A DNA stretch of 64,000 bases, taken from Mytilus californianus (lineage: Eukaryota). Where the stretch lies: assembly GCF_021869535.1 (NCBI RefSeq), contig NW_026262712.1:53072001-53136000 (forward strand), in the 5' to 3' direction. Within the stretch, counting starts at the first letter, position 1. The number at the start of each line of letters is the position of its first letter. The notes beneath the pieces were generated by a model, which was given only the letters and a program-made list of their open reading frames with translations, was not told where the DNA came from and did not search any database. The position numbers and the translations under genes are program-made. Positions 37,501-49,153 of the stretch are shown here, piece by piece.

Positions 37501-40146
37501 ATGACTAGGATGTTCTGTAAAATTAAAAAAAGAAATATTTTACTATTATGTGTATGTGTTATAGTTGTGCTATTTCTGTTCATTAAAACCGAACACGTTG
37601 AAATAAGACAGAAACCTAATAAAATTGAAACGTCTAAAGCAAGTATAAGTGATAATTTGTTTAATCTTCTGAATGAATTAGATATTACAATCCGTAAAAA
37701 GGCACCTGAGAAAAAGATATATGGGAATATATACAGTGGTAAAGAGAAGATGCAAATAGAAAGTTATATTTCAGCTGTACAGAATTTTACCAAAAAGTAT
37801 GAAGTAAAAACAATTTGTGAAATTGGATTTGCCGGAGGACATAGTGCAACCTTATTCCTTCGTTTGACAGACTCTGCTAGTTATATAGGATTTGATATGT
37901 GGGATCAACCTGTGTATGAGAACACTGCAATTGAATGGGTAAGACAGCAGTTTAAAAATCGTCGAATCACTCTTATTAAAGGTGATTCTACAAAAACCGT
38001 TCCCCTATTTCAAGGGAAATGTAATATTATACATATAGATGGCGCCCACCATGCACACTTCCCTAAAATGGATATGAAAAACATGGCACGAGTGGCTTCA
38101 GTAAATAATTTGTTACTGATGGACGACTGTTCGAAGTCATGGCCTGCTGTGCTGAAGGGTGTTGAATACTTGAAGACAAATGATCTATTAGATAACCTTA
38201 AAATGCATGTACCAGAAGGCTGGATCTACAGAGGTGCACAGAAAGGATGGTGTATTGGTAGTTATAAGGTTAAGAACCAAGCTAAGCATATCCCAAAGAG
38301 TTTTACGTTTCTAGATAAAACGTTTTGTACATCATCATGGCACGGACATAACTGTGAAGTTTATTCTACCAAACCTTGTTCCAAGCTGAGTGATGAATGT
38401 TTCTATAGTAACGTTACTGGTACCTTATCAGTGTCTTGTGAGCGATGGCATGGTGCACAGAGTGTTGAACAGATAACATGGGATAAACGTGTTACTGCGA
38501 CCGACCGGAACGATGCACATGCAAAATCTTTTGACTACTATAAATCTTTACCCCCGAATTTAGGCAATATCATTGAAATTGGCGCTGGTCCGTTCACTCA
38601 AGCACAGACAATAGTACAAGGTAAGACAGCAACAAGCATTACTTTGATAGAACCAATGGCGTTCCATTATATGACAAACGTGAAGCGTTGTTTCTACAAA
38701 AATGGAACTTTTGGAAATCTTCCGACCACGATATTATCTATACCGGCCGAGGAGTTAAGTAATGTACGGAAATTTGACACTTTGATAATGATCAATGTAA
38801 TTGAACATGTTTATGATGCAATATCAATTCTTAATTCAGCCATTAATCTGATCAAAGAAAATGGCTTATTTATTTGGCATGAGCGACTTTGGGATGACTA
38901 TCTAGGAGTTGCTAGTTCGGTCAATGATCGTGAATTTCAGCTTCATCCGGTTCGTATAAAGAACGTTATTGCAAAACTGGTTATGTCCATGTTTGATGAA
39001 AACTATATTTCTTGGGACACAGAGGAATTGCGCCGATTGAAAAATCAGGGCGTTTATTTTATTGGCCGCAAGCGTAAAATTATTGCAAAAACAAAAGTCC
39101 CACAACACCCGCCATGTTTCGAAGGAGGTCATGGTACACAAAGTGTAATATTCTTTCTTTCAAATACAAATTCCACAGAAAAAATATTTCAAGATCAACT
39201 GATGTTGGTTAACAATGCAGCTAATACCAAAACTATCGTTATTATACAGACGGACAAATTTAATAATACAGCTATAACAAATCTTCTCAAATTTAGTAAA
39301 ATTCGGATATTAATTTCATATCAACATTTACAAAATTGGAGGAAAGAAGTCAGTCACTACGTTAAACCTTGCTTCTTTATTCTTCCGTATCTTACATTGG
39401 AAATGTTAAAAAGCTCTACGACTCATTGTGTCGGCAGCAGTAGAGGTCACGTGTCTGTTGTTCTCATGGGATACTCATCTAAAAGGTTTTCAAATTATAA
39501 CGCAATTTTACCAGCATATACAAATATGGAAATAATTGACCAAATAATATTGATATGGAACAATAAATATGAACCGTTTATTCCCAAATTAAATTTGACA
39601 AAAATCACGTTCATTAAAGCGAAAGTTAACAGCATGAATAATCGTTTTAACGTGTCTCATTTTGTTCATACAGACGCCGTTTTGATCATTGATGACGATG
39701 TTTTAATGGGTGAATCTTTGTTATTATTAATGTTATTAGAATGGAAAGAAAATACTGATAGACTAGTGGGTCTCAGCAGAGACATGCGCTTTGTGAATTC
39801 AAAAAATGAATATCTTAGTCATGGTAAAGATCCATCATTAACTATCGGAAAAACCATGCTTTTTCATCGCAAGTATTTAGAAAAGTACATGCGAGATGAA
39901 GTGTTGGTAGAATGGAATAAAAATCGGTTTTGCGAAGATATTTCAATGAATGTTCTAATCTTCAAAGAGACAAATTTAAAACCGTTGTTTATAGATATGA
40001 CTGCAACTAGTACGCGTAGAGATCTATCAGAAATAGATGGTGCTTCTATTGTAGACAAAAACTGGGCCATACACAGGACAGAATGTGTTCAATGGATTTC
40101 TGAATATTTCAATGTCCAATTATATGGAAACAGAAGCTTAGTTTAG
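37501..40146 (+). CDS. Second intact MTase-MTase-GT64 type II membrane protein; 881 aa, uninterrupted ORF
   Basis: Colinear with 23880-26534 with every listed motif retained (EIGFAGGHSA, IHIDGAH, MDDC, EIGAGP, NVIEHV, NSMNNRF, IIDDD, CEDISMN). KIKKR plus hydrophobic anchor. Many synonymous differences and only in-frame indels. Confidence 0.93.
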   Translation: MTRMFCKIKKRNILLLCVCVIVVLFLFIKTEHVEIRQKPNKIETSKASISDNLFNLLNELDITIRKKAPEKKIYGNIYSGKEKMQIESYISAVQNFTKKYEVKTICEIGFAGGHSATLFLRLTDSASYIGFDMWDQPVYENTAIEWVRQQFKNRRITLIKGDSTKTVPLFQGKCNIIHIDGAHHAHFPKMDMKNMARVASVNNLLLMDDCSKSWPAVLKGVEYLKTNDLLDNLKMHVPEGWIYRGAQKGWCIGSYKVKNQAKHIPKSFTFLDKTFCTSSWHGHNCEVYSTKPCSKLSDECFYSNVTGTLSVSCERWHGAQSVEQITWDKRVTATDRNDAHAKSFDYYKSLPPNLGNIIEIGAGPFTQAQTIVQGKTATSITLIEPMAFHYMTNVKRCFYKNGTFGNLPTTILSIPAEELSNVRKFDTLIMINVIEHVYDAISILNSAINLIKENGLFIWHERLWDDYLGVASSVNDREFQLHPVRIKNVIAKLVMSMFDENYISWDTEELRRLKNQGVYFIGRKRKIIAKTKVPQHPPCFEGGHGTQSVIFFLSNTNSTEKIFQDQLMLVNNAANTKTIVIIQTDKFNNTAITNLLKFSKIRILISYQHLQNWRKEVSHYVKPCFFILPYLTLEMLKSSTTHCVGSSRGHVSVVLMGYSSKRFSNYNAILPAYTNMEIIDQIILIWNNKYEPFIPKLNLTKITFIKAKVNSMNNRFNVSHFVHTDAVLIIDDDVLMGESLLLLMLLEWKENTDRLVGLSRDMRFVNSKNEYLSHGKDPSLTIGKTMLFHRKYLEKYMRDEVLVEWNKNRFCEDISMNVLIFKETNLKPLFIDMTATSTRRDLSEIDGASIVDKNWAIHRTECVQWISEYFNVQLYGNRSLV

Positions 40147-40329
40147 AAGTCTGTGTCCGATGTGACAACTGTAACAAACTTGTCTTACAAAATATACACC
40201 AAGAAAATATTTCATATTTTTAATAATCTAGTTGGTCTACTTTCACGTTTTAGCTACAAATGACACGTCTCTTGTTTGTTTGAAATTCGCTGTCAGACAA
40301 ATTGGGAAATCATTTTAAATTAAGAAAGA

Positions 40330-40830
40330 TATCCCCTTAATGCATATTTCTAATACCTTGTCTGGATTTGTCTATACTTTAATTCCTTTCTTATTATATT
40401 ATCAGATCTTCAACTTTTAATTAGGTTTTGGATTTGCAAAATTTTAGCCACGAGCATGCACATCACTGAAGAGACATTAATTGTCTAAATACGCATCTGG
40501 TCAAGTCCTATTGGTACTGTTAAGTTTGTTACTACTACTGGATCAATACCTTTACTGTTGGACTGTAAGTCTTCAAGTGTATCACTAGCCCAATAGCCAG
40601 TACCTTGGTAATAGCATGAACATACGGACATTGTTTTATTGAAATTGCTGTAATAACATTTTGGAAAAAACATTTTGAATTAAGGAAAATATCTCCCTCG
40701 TGCATAGTTCAGATGCCGTGTCCGGATTTGACGATACGTTTAGCCCCTATTTTATTTTATCAGCTCTTCGACGTTTATAAAATAGGTTTGCTTTTGTGCT
40801 TATCTAAATGTCATATACGTAATATAAACT
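40330..40830 (+). mobile_element. Retrozyme-like repeat (~358-bp period) with type I hammerhead motif at 40460-40503
   Basis: ACATCA-CTGAAGA-GAC-attaatt-GTC-TAAA-T-ACGC-A-TC-TGGTCA, with GAAA mutated to TAAA. The unit start atcag(a/c)tcttc recurs at 40401 and 40759. Confidence 0.75.
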
Positions 40831-42173
40831 ATTGTAATTTCTATTGATATCATCATCGGTCTTTAGTGCAATCCACATGTAACTCAATATTTGTTTTGGT
40901 TTTTAACTGTTGAATAGATTTTTTTATTTCTTTGTCTGCGTAGCCTGGTTGCCCCCTTCGTCGTTAGTTTACCGTCCAGTTAGCCTAAATTTCTCTATGC
41001 TCTTTTGGCGATTGATAAACTTCCTGTTGATTCTTATTTTCATCTTTTTAAAACTTGTATGAAGATTGCTTAGTTGTTTATTTTGCAAGATCTTTGTATC
41101 AATTCATATGAATATTTTTACTGGGTTTTCTAGTTTGAAAACACTGACGACACGCATGCAAATCTGTTATTCGCAATTCGCAGAGCTTTCGTGTGAAGCA
41201 TTGTTTCTGTGCAGACATTTACTTTCTTATCCAAACCCCTCTAAAAACTTAACTAAAACAAATACAAAAACAAATAACAATGAAAAAAAATAAAGATAAA
41301 AAAACGATAAAAAATCAGGAAATGCAGTTATGATAATTTGTTTTTCAAATAATAAAGAAAATCAGAAAGAAAAAAAAGCGTTCCAAATGTTAAATTTTGT
41401 TTGATGTAGAGAAATATCGCGGTTAAAACATGTCAATATTTATAAAAGCGGGAGGTTTGGCATGCCACAAAACCAGGTTCAACCCACCATTTTTTTCTTA
41501 AAATGTCCTGTACCAAGTCAGGAAAATGGCTTTTGTTATATTATAGTTCGTTTCTGTGTGTGTTACATTTTAATGTTGTGTTTTTGTTGTGTCGTTGTTC
41601 TCCTCTTATATTTGATGCGTTTCCCTCAGTTTTAATTTGTAACCCGGATTTGTTTTTATCTCTATCGATTTATGAGTTTCGAACAGCGGTATACTACTGT
41701 TGCCTTTATTTATAACACTATAATAATGGTTATAAAAGTTTTAATTTATTGAGCCAATAAAACTTAACCATTTTATTATACATGCACTACTATAGCATGA
41801 AAGCATAAATTACATCATTAAAAATACACTGACGAGTATTTTGGTATCGAAAAAAAAGGAAGAAAAAAATGGGAAATTGTTGATTATTGAATTAAAATTT
41901 AAATACTTCATATATTGACACGAATATAAAATTGTAGTAATACATTCGGCGTTAGGAAACAACATTGCCCTTAAAGATATCCGATATAAAATAAAGAGGT
42001 TTGGCCTGATTGCTAATGAGACAGCTATTCAATATAGTCAAAATTACATGGCATTTATCAACTGTAAGTCACCGTACACACTTCAACAAAAATGAGGAAA
42101 ACCCGTATAGTTAGCCATAACACGTCTCAATATGGCAAAATGTGAAATAATTCATACGACAGAAAGAAAAAAT

Positions 42174-45001
42174 TACGGCATGATCTATAACAAAACAAAA
42201 CGAAAAGAAAAGAAAATATAGACAGCAAACACAACAACCAATGAAAAACAGGCTGGCACATAAACAATGTGGCGGGGATAAACATGTTTGTGGGCGTTCA
42301 ACTCTCCCCTAACCTGGAAAGTGTTGTAATAGAACAACATCAGAACAAACTGTAAAAATCAGTTGGAAATGATTTGATCCGTCAGATTGGCGCTTAGCAC
42401 AAAAACAACTGACATTAAACAAAAGACACAGAGAGTCCAATTTAAGAATACTTACAGTTACTGGAAACAGACAATTATAACTAATAAATAAATCATTCTT
42501 TCTCAGACTAAACATATTAGTTTAAAGAATTAAAGCATTGCTTCCTACACTCATATATCTGCGATAGTACTTCTGAATAGATTTCATATCAGTGAATATG
42601 TTGAAAATCTTACATAAAACAATTAAAAACCGTGTGATGCCGTTTAAAAATAATTAATCCAGTTTATTTTGAACGTACATTATAAGTCATATGTTAAGAC
42701 TTGACCAAAAGAAACCATATCCAATTGTCAGTTAAATTGTAAAACAAATTATGATTTATTATATGAACATTATATGCAAAAACTGATATCAGTAATCAAA
42801 ATCCGCACGAATATTACCCATAGGGTTTCCCTTCAAGTCAGTTGTTGTCTCATCTTTTATATTGTCGGTTGTCATCTAGGGAACCGAAAACTGATGTAAA
42901 GATAAGTAGATGTGTTGTGATGATTGCCAATGAGACTTATATCCCCCAGTGGCTAAGGACCAGAATATAAGAAATTTGATAGTCTGTTTAAATGTGTTCA
43001 ACATTTCTTGTTTAGTTTTGCACTATATAGCGCTTTTGCATAATGTATACATCTTGACTAGTTGTTGAAGTTTTTCAGGGAAATGATTTCTACAGCAAAA
43101 AAAAACAGTTGATTGTGTCATATTTAATTTATTCAATGTAAATTGTACAAGCTTAAGTTTTCCTATACAAATAAATCGTTTGAACAACACTCAATCTATC
43201 AACCAATCAAACGTTCGCTACACGTGTGTATATATTACCTAAGGACCTCTTTATGTGTTTGTGTCGTTTGGTAGCTGTCTCATTGATTTATACTATTCGT
43301 CGTCTTTATTTCATATTTTCATAATATATATCTCCACTCCAACATATTTATTTTTATCCTACATTGTCTGGTTTAGTATAAGGGCTCACAGAGTGGTCAT
43401 AAATACTTTTTTGTGCAATTGAAAACTCATATAGTAGGTAACATCAGGTTTAGGAAATTAAAATCAAATAGAATCAACCACCAGATATTGGATTTGCGTT
43501 GATAAATCAACTGTTCATATAGTTTCTAGCTTGAAATTGTCGTATATTCTGCATGTGTGTTTTTTTTTTTTTAAGTACGGCATGATCTATATATAACAAA
43601 ACATTAAACGAAAAGAAAATATATATAGCAAACAACAACAACCACTGCAAAACAGGGTGGCACATATAGAATGTGGCGGGGATACACATGTTTGTGAGCG
43701 TTCAACTCTCACCTAAACTTGGAAAGTGTTGTAATAGAACAGCATCAGAACAAACTGTAAAAATCAGTTGGAAATGATTTGACTCATCAGATTGGCACAA
43801 AGCACAAAAAACAACTAACATAAAAACAAAAGACACAAGAGTGTCCAATCTAAGAATACTTACAGTTACTGGAACCACAATTATAACTAATAAATAAATC
43901 ATTCTTTCTCAGACTAAACATGTCAGTGTAAAGAATTAAAGCATTGCTTCCTACACTCATATATCTGCGACAGTACTTCTGAATAGATTTCATATCAGTG
44001 AAAATGTTGAAAATCTTACATAAAACAATTAAAAACCGTGTCATGCCGTTTAAAACTTAATCATCCAGTTTATTTTGAACGTACATTATAAGTCATATGT
44101 TAAAACTTGACCAAAAGAAACCATATACAATTGTCAGTTAAATTGTAAAACAAATTATGATTTATTATATGAACATTATATGCAAAAACTGATATCAGTA
44201 ATCAAATCTGCACGAATATTACCCATAGGGTTTCCCTTCAAGTCAGTTGTTGTCTCAGCTTTTGTATTGTCGGTTGTCATCTAAGGAACCGGAAACTGAT
44301 GTAAAGATACGTAGATGTGTTGTGATGATTGCCAATGAGACTTATATCCCCCAGTGGCCAAGAACGAGAATGTAAGAAATTTGATAGTCTGTTTAAATGT
44401 GTTCAACATGCCTTGTTTAGTCTTGGACTATTTAGCACTTTTATATAATGGATATACACTTGACTTTTCTTCAAGTATTCAAATTTCAGGAATATGATTT
44501 CTACAGCAAAAACAAGCAATACAGTTGATAGTGTCATATTTAATTAATTCAATGTAACTTGTACCAGCTTAAGGTTTCAGATACAAATAAATCGTGCATG
44601 TGAACACCAATATATCTATCAACCAATCAAACGTTCGTTACACGTGCATATGCATTATCTAAGGACCTCTATAGGTCTTAAAGTTTTTAGTGTCGTTGGG
44701 TTGCTGTCTCAATGATTTATACTCTTAGTCGTCTTTATGTCATATTTAAATAATATATATCTCCAGCATATTTATTTTTATCCTACATTGTCTTGTTGAT
44801 GATAATTACAGGCTTGTAGAGTGGTCATAAATAACTTTTTTCTTTTTGCAATTGAAAACTGATATAGTAGGTAACATCAGGTTTAGTAAATGATAATCAA
44901 ATAGAATCGACCACTAGATATTGGATTTTTGTTAATAGTTCTCTTCTTAATATAGATTCTATCTTAAAATTGCCATATGTTCTGTACGTTTTTAAAAAGT
45001 A
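42174..45001 (+). repeat. Tandem duplication of a ~1.4-kb unit (42174-43575 and 43576-~45001)
   Basis: Both units start tacggcatgatctata and are colinear throughout, e.g. ttagactaaacat...gcattgcttcctacactcatatatctgcga. Roughly 85-90% identical by eye. Confidence 0.92.
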
Positions 45002-45419
45002 CTTCAAAAATTTCTAAATTGATATCTACCGGGAAGCCGATCTCTATTTATGACCTCACAAAATATATAATTTGAATTCGTGATCGTTATTTCAATTTCG
45101 AAGATAAACTTCATTTCTCTTATGGGATCAGTGCTATGTGGATTATTAGCTGATATGCATCCTGCTCAAGCATTGAAATAGTTTCCAATAAAATTTGGTT
45201 TATGCTTAGTAAAAAATTAAGAGGAATGGATATCCCTTAATTTGGCTGGTGAGGCAAACAGTGCAACTGTATGGTGACATTACCGTTATATGAAATGAAC
45301 TTTGGCAGAACTTTTTGGAGGATATACTTTTTAAGACTTATTTAATTTAATCCTTTAAATACATAAAATTTGAAAGTTGAAATAAATCATTTTTAAACGT
45401 CGAAATAAAATTGATTGAC

Positions 45420-48400
45420 GATCGGTGTAAGTGATGTTCTGTATAATAATTCAAAAACATTTTGTAAGTAAAACAGTCAATATTTTGTTTGATATTCGAT
45501 TATTTATTCATGTTTGTTGTCACTCTACAACTGCGTATAAAACGTGCAAGTAAGTATTGTATTATATTTTAAATTGATTTGTGAAATAGAAATTTAGAAT
45601 ATCACGGTTTTTTTTTCATTCAAGGGTGCCCAGTACGTAAATCCGTCCATGCGTTACTTTTATAAAACAGTAGATCTGGATATGTTATCAGGACTACTTT
45701 CACGTATGCCTTTGATAAACACCCAAATTGCTTTCAAAGTAATGTAACGGTGCGAATTTAATGGGATAGATTTTGGTTTGAAAATAAAAAAAAAAAAAAA
45801 AAAATGTACGGAAAAATGGTTGACTATTAAAAATTCCATTCGAAATAATAGATTTTCATCGCAGTCATATGTTATACCATTCCAAAAGGCCTCTATATCT
45901 AATTTATTCTTCTATCACACTTTTTACAAACACCTTGCCGGTGTTTTCTCCATGTTGTATGCAGAAAATATATAATAGAAATTTCACTGACAAAATTTGG
46001 ATCATGAAGTATAGCTAGGTCCACTTGAAAACAAAATCTAAATGAGATCATCTCAGTCTGTAAAACTGAATTAAAGAGCGTATGAATATTTCTATATTTT
46101 CGATATTTTACCCAACGGTGGTACGCACACTGTGAAACTCTCATCGAGAAAACGCATATGTGACTCATACTACAAAATAAAACAAGGATTGCCAAAAATA
46201 TTTGACATATGAACAGACCACACCAACCACCAACAACCAATAAAATAGAGGCACATACCGAACCAATTTGCCTTTATTGTATACAGATATAAACTACATT
46301 AGTAAGTATTGTTGCAAGCCTACATGTAGATACTGCACGTGGTTTGTTGTTGACCGTCAGTTATATTCATTAGTGATACACCCGCTATAAAAGTATTTGA
46401 CAAAAAGGACATTGATAAGCGATGGATGGGAAAACGCAACTTACTAACTCAGTCAGAACAGGCTATAAAAACAAGTAGTCGAGAATAGTTCAATTCAATA
46501 TAAATGCAACGCCGAAAATATATGAAAATAGAAGATGTGGTATGATTGCCAATGAGACAAGGCAACTCACCAGCAAAGACCAAATGACATAAAACTTTTA
46601 ACAACTGAGCCTCCTCATAGGGTTTTTGATTATGTGATTACTTGGCCGTTTTTATAGTGATTATTTGATTACCAGACCAAATATTTCATGATTATTTGAT
46701 TATTTAATAATCTAGGACTGTTTTTTGATTATTTGATTATCTTTTTTAAAAAAATAATTAATGATTATGTGATTATATTGGCAAAAAAATTGTGATTATG
46801 TGATTACTTGGACACTCCCATGAGGGGCCGCACAACTATAGGTCACCGAAGTTACACATTTAGTTCGGGTTTCTATTGTGTGTAGAAAATTATTTTTTTG
46901 CAATATTTCTATTGTTAAATATTTGTAACTGATCATTTTTATTTGACAGACTGCACATAATGATATAATGCCTGTCCCAAGTCAGGATCCTCTAGCCTTT
47001 GTCAGTATTTTGTACTTTTTTAAAATTTTGGTTCATTTGAATGTTTTGGAGTTTTGTGTGGCGACTATTTCGCTGAACTAAAAATAAGAAGATGAGGTAT
47101 GAGTGCCAATGAGACAACTATCCATCCAAGTCGCGCATACATTGTTGTTTAGCGGCCAATTAAAGCCCGCCTCAGGGTGCAGGATTTTTTTCGCTGCGTT
47201 GAAGACTCATTGGTGGCCTTGGGCTGTTTTCGACTCTTTGGTCGGGTTGTTGTCTCTTTGACACATTCCCTTTAGTTTCTGCTTAATATTTTATCACGGT
47301 ACCCCTGTTTGTTGTAAAATAAGATATCGTAATGATTAGAATTCGTGAATATGTGCTTAGTACTAATGTATTATAATACGCCGAATATTTTCTTTTGGGA
47401 CGAATATAAAAAAGAAGATGTGGTATGATTGCCAATGAGATCCATTAACTTTCCACCAGAGACCAAATGACATAAAGGTTAACAGCTATAGGTCACCGAA
47501 GTTACACATATAGTTGTTTTTTTTTTTGTGTAGAAAATGAAATTTGTGCTATCTTTCTATTGCTAAATATTTGTAACTGTTTTTTTTAACAGACTGCACA
47601 AAATGAACTTCGCATATACATATTTCAATCAATTTTACGGAAAATTAGCATGTTTTTGTGATACTTTATTAAGGCAAAATTGGTTTATGGGGTAACCATA
47701 TGATATCCTGCAGGGGTAGGGGTAGGAGGAGGTGTTGGAAATAATTACCTTGCCAAAATAGGATCGAAATGAATGTATTGCTCAAGAAAAAGCCGGATAT
47801 ATTAAAAGTGAACATAATTAATTTTCCGTCAGATAAAATATAATCTTGGAACCCCTAGAATATCAAAGTATCTTCCCGTTATATAATAATAGTACAAAAA
47901 TGTTACTCAGCTGATTTTGATATTTCGAAAACACCAATAAATGCAACGATCTATGAAACCTAATTATAGTATTGCGTGTAAATATATATACTAGTATAAC
48001 TGTTTATCGACTTTGGAAGAAATCACAGAAAAAAATAATAGACGTGTTATCAGTGCAAGCATTATATGATCCAGGAACAGAATGTATACAGGAAAAGTGT
48101 TTGTTTTCTTTGTACTATTTGCAACTGGAGTAGTATCTACTCAGATCAATATCTTACAGTGGCTGGAATCTAAATTTAATAAAAACACATCAATGTTGAG
48201 GGAAATATTAACAATTCTTTGAAAAGGTAATTTTGATTTTTTAGGTCAAACCTTGCGTGTACCAAATTTTGTACAGCTCGACTATCAATAAACATGTGTT
48301 AAGGAAAATGCGTCAGAAGCCAATTGAAAGTAATCTTTGTTTCTATTGAAAATAAGTAAAAATAATAATCATCAATGAAAAAAATGATTAAAGAAAATCT

Positions 48401-48470
48401 TGTTCAAGCTTGGTATTTAAAAAAATATTTTTCTATTAAAGTTTAAAACAATTATTTGAGATGAGAACCC
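45420..48470 (+). repeat. Segmental duplication, copy B (paralog of 1-4122)
   Basis: See copy A. Lacks the hAT insertion and carries its own 46607-46831 insertion. Confidence 0.92.
46607..46831. mobile_element. Small TIR element with (tgatta) subrepeats, nested in an older repeat
   Basis: Imperfect TIRs gagcctcctcataggg / cccatgaggggccgc. 6-bp flanking duplication acaact (46601-46606, 46832-46837). Absent at the paralogous site near 1235. Confidence 0.7.
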
Positions 48471-49153
48471 CACTCCACCACACACGCAATAATACTTGTG
48501 TTTTTTTGTTTTTTTTACAAATACAATGTTTTTATGATCACCTTCGTTTTAATAAAGTAGTTGCATTGCAAGATATAAATAAAACATACTTTTTTTTATC
48601 TATTGAGCTGCGTCGGGTAGAAATCGACCTTTTGCAAGTGCATGTATACTTGTTCCTGTATAAGACTGATTAATTTTGGAACATTCAGATACGAAATAAA
48701 AGAGTAATTTTGGTCTGTTTTGTAGGGTTCTTATAACAAATAAATTTCAAACAGTTACAGACTTTCCGTAGAGATTTTTTCAACCCGAAACATGTTAACA
48801 GGTGTATTGATTTCATTTGCATAAGGTCGATTTCTATCCGACGCAGCTGGATTCTTATCTGAAACTTTCTGGTTATTCGTATTAAACATCATATTTGATT
48901 TTTTTTTATATAAAACTATATTTTTTTGCAGAGAACACGCCCCATTTGAGAGAAGTTTCCTATAGTAAGACCAGTTACCAAAGTTCAACTGCTGTAGACC
49001 ATGGTAATCCATATTCATCGAATCTTGCTGTTGATGGCAACATGGATACGTTCATGCACACACATACTGAAAATTCACCATACTGGGAGGTAGACCTTGG
49101 AAAGAATTATCAAATCAAACGAGTTGAAATATATAACAGAAGAAATTGTTGTG
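48082..49153 (+). pseudogene. F-type lectin pseudogene: exon 1 48082-48226, exon 2 48932-49153; final exon not found
   Basis: Exon 1 reads MYTGKVFVFFVLFATGVVSTQINILQWLESKF...ILTIL*K, with CGA>TGA at 48220 relative to the paralog. Exon 2 reads LREVSYSKTSYQSST...SNLAVDGNMDTFMHTHTENSPYWEVDLGKNYQIKRVEIYNRRNCC, bounded by AG/GTAAG. Confidence 0.88.

Noticed and set aside
24434-39141. Antisense and alternate-frame ORFs overlapping the enzyme genes (24434, 25320, 25327, 31031, 31974, 38902; also 39864)
   Set aside because: Shadows of the long real ORFs, with no independent motifs.
23880-40146. Naming the enzymes EXTL2/EXT orthologs, or calling the contig bacterial or viral contamination
   Set aside because: Only the C-terminal domain is GT64 and the architecture differs from EXT proteins. 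The ORFs are interleaved with mollusc SINEs, HINEs and spliced lectin genes, and one copy has decayed in place.
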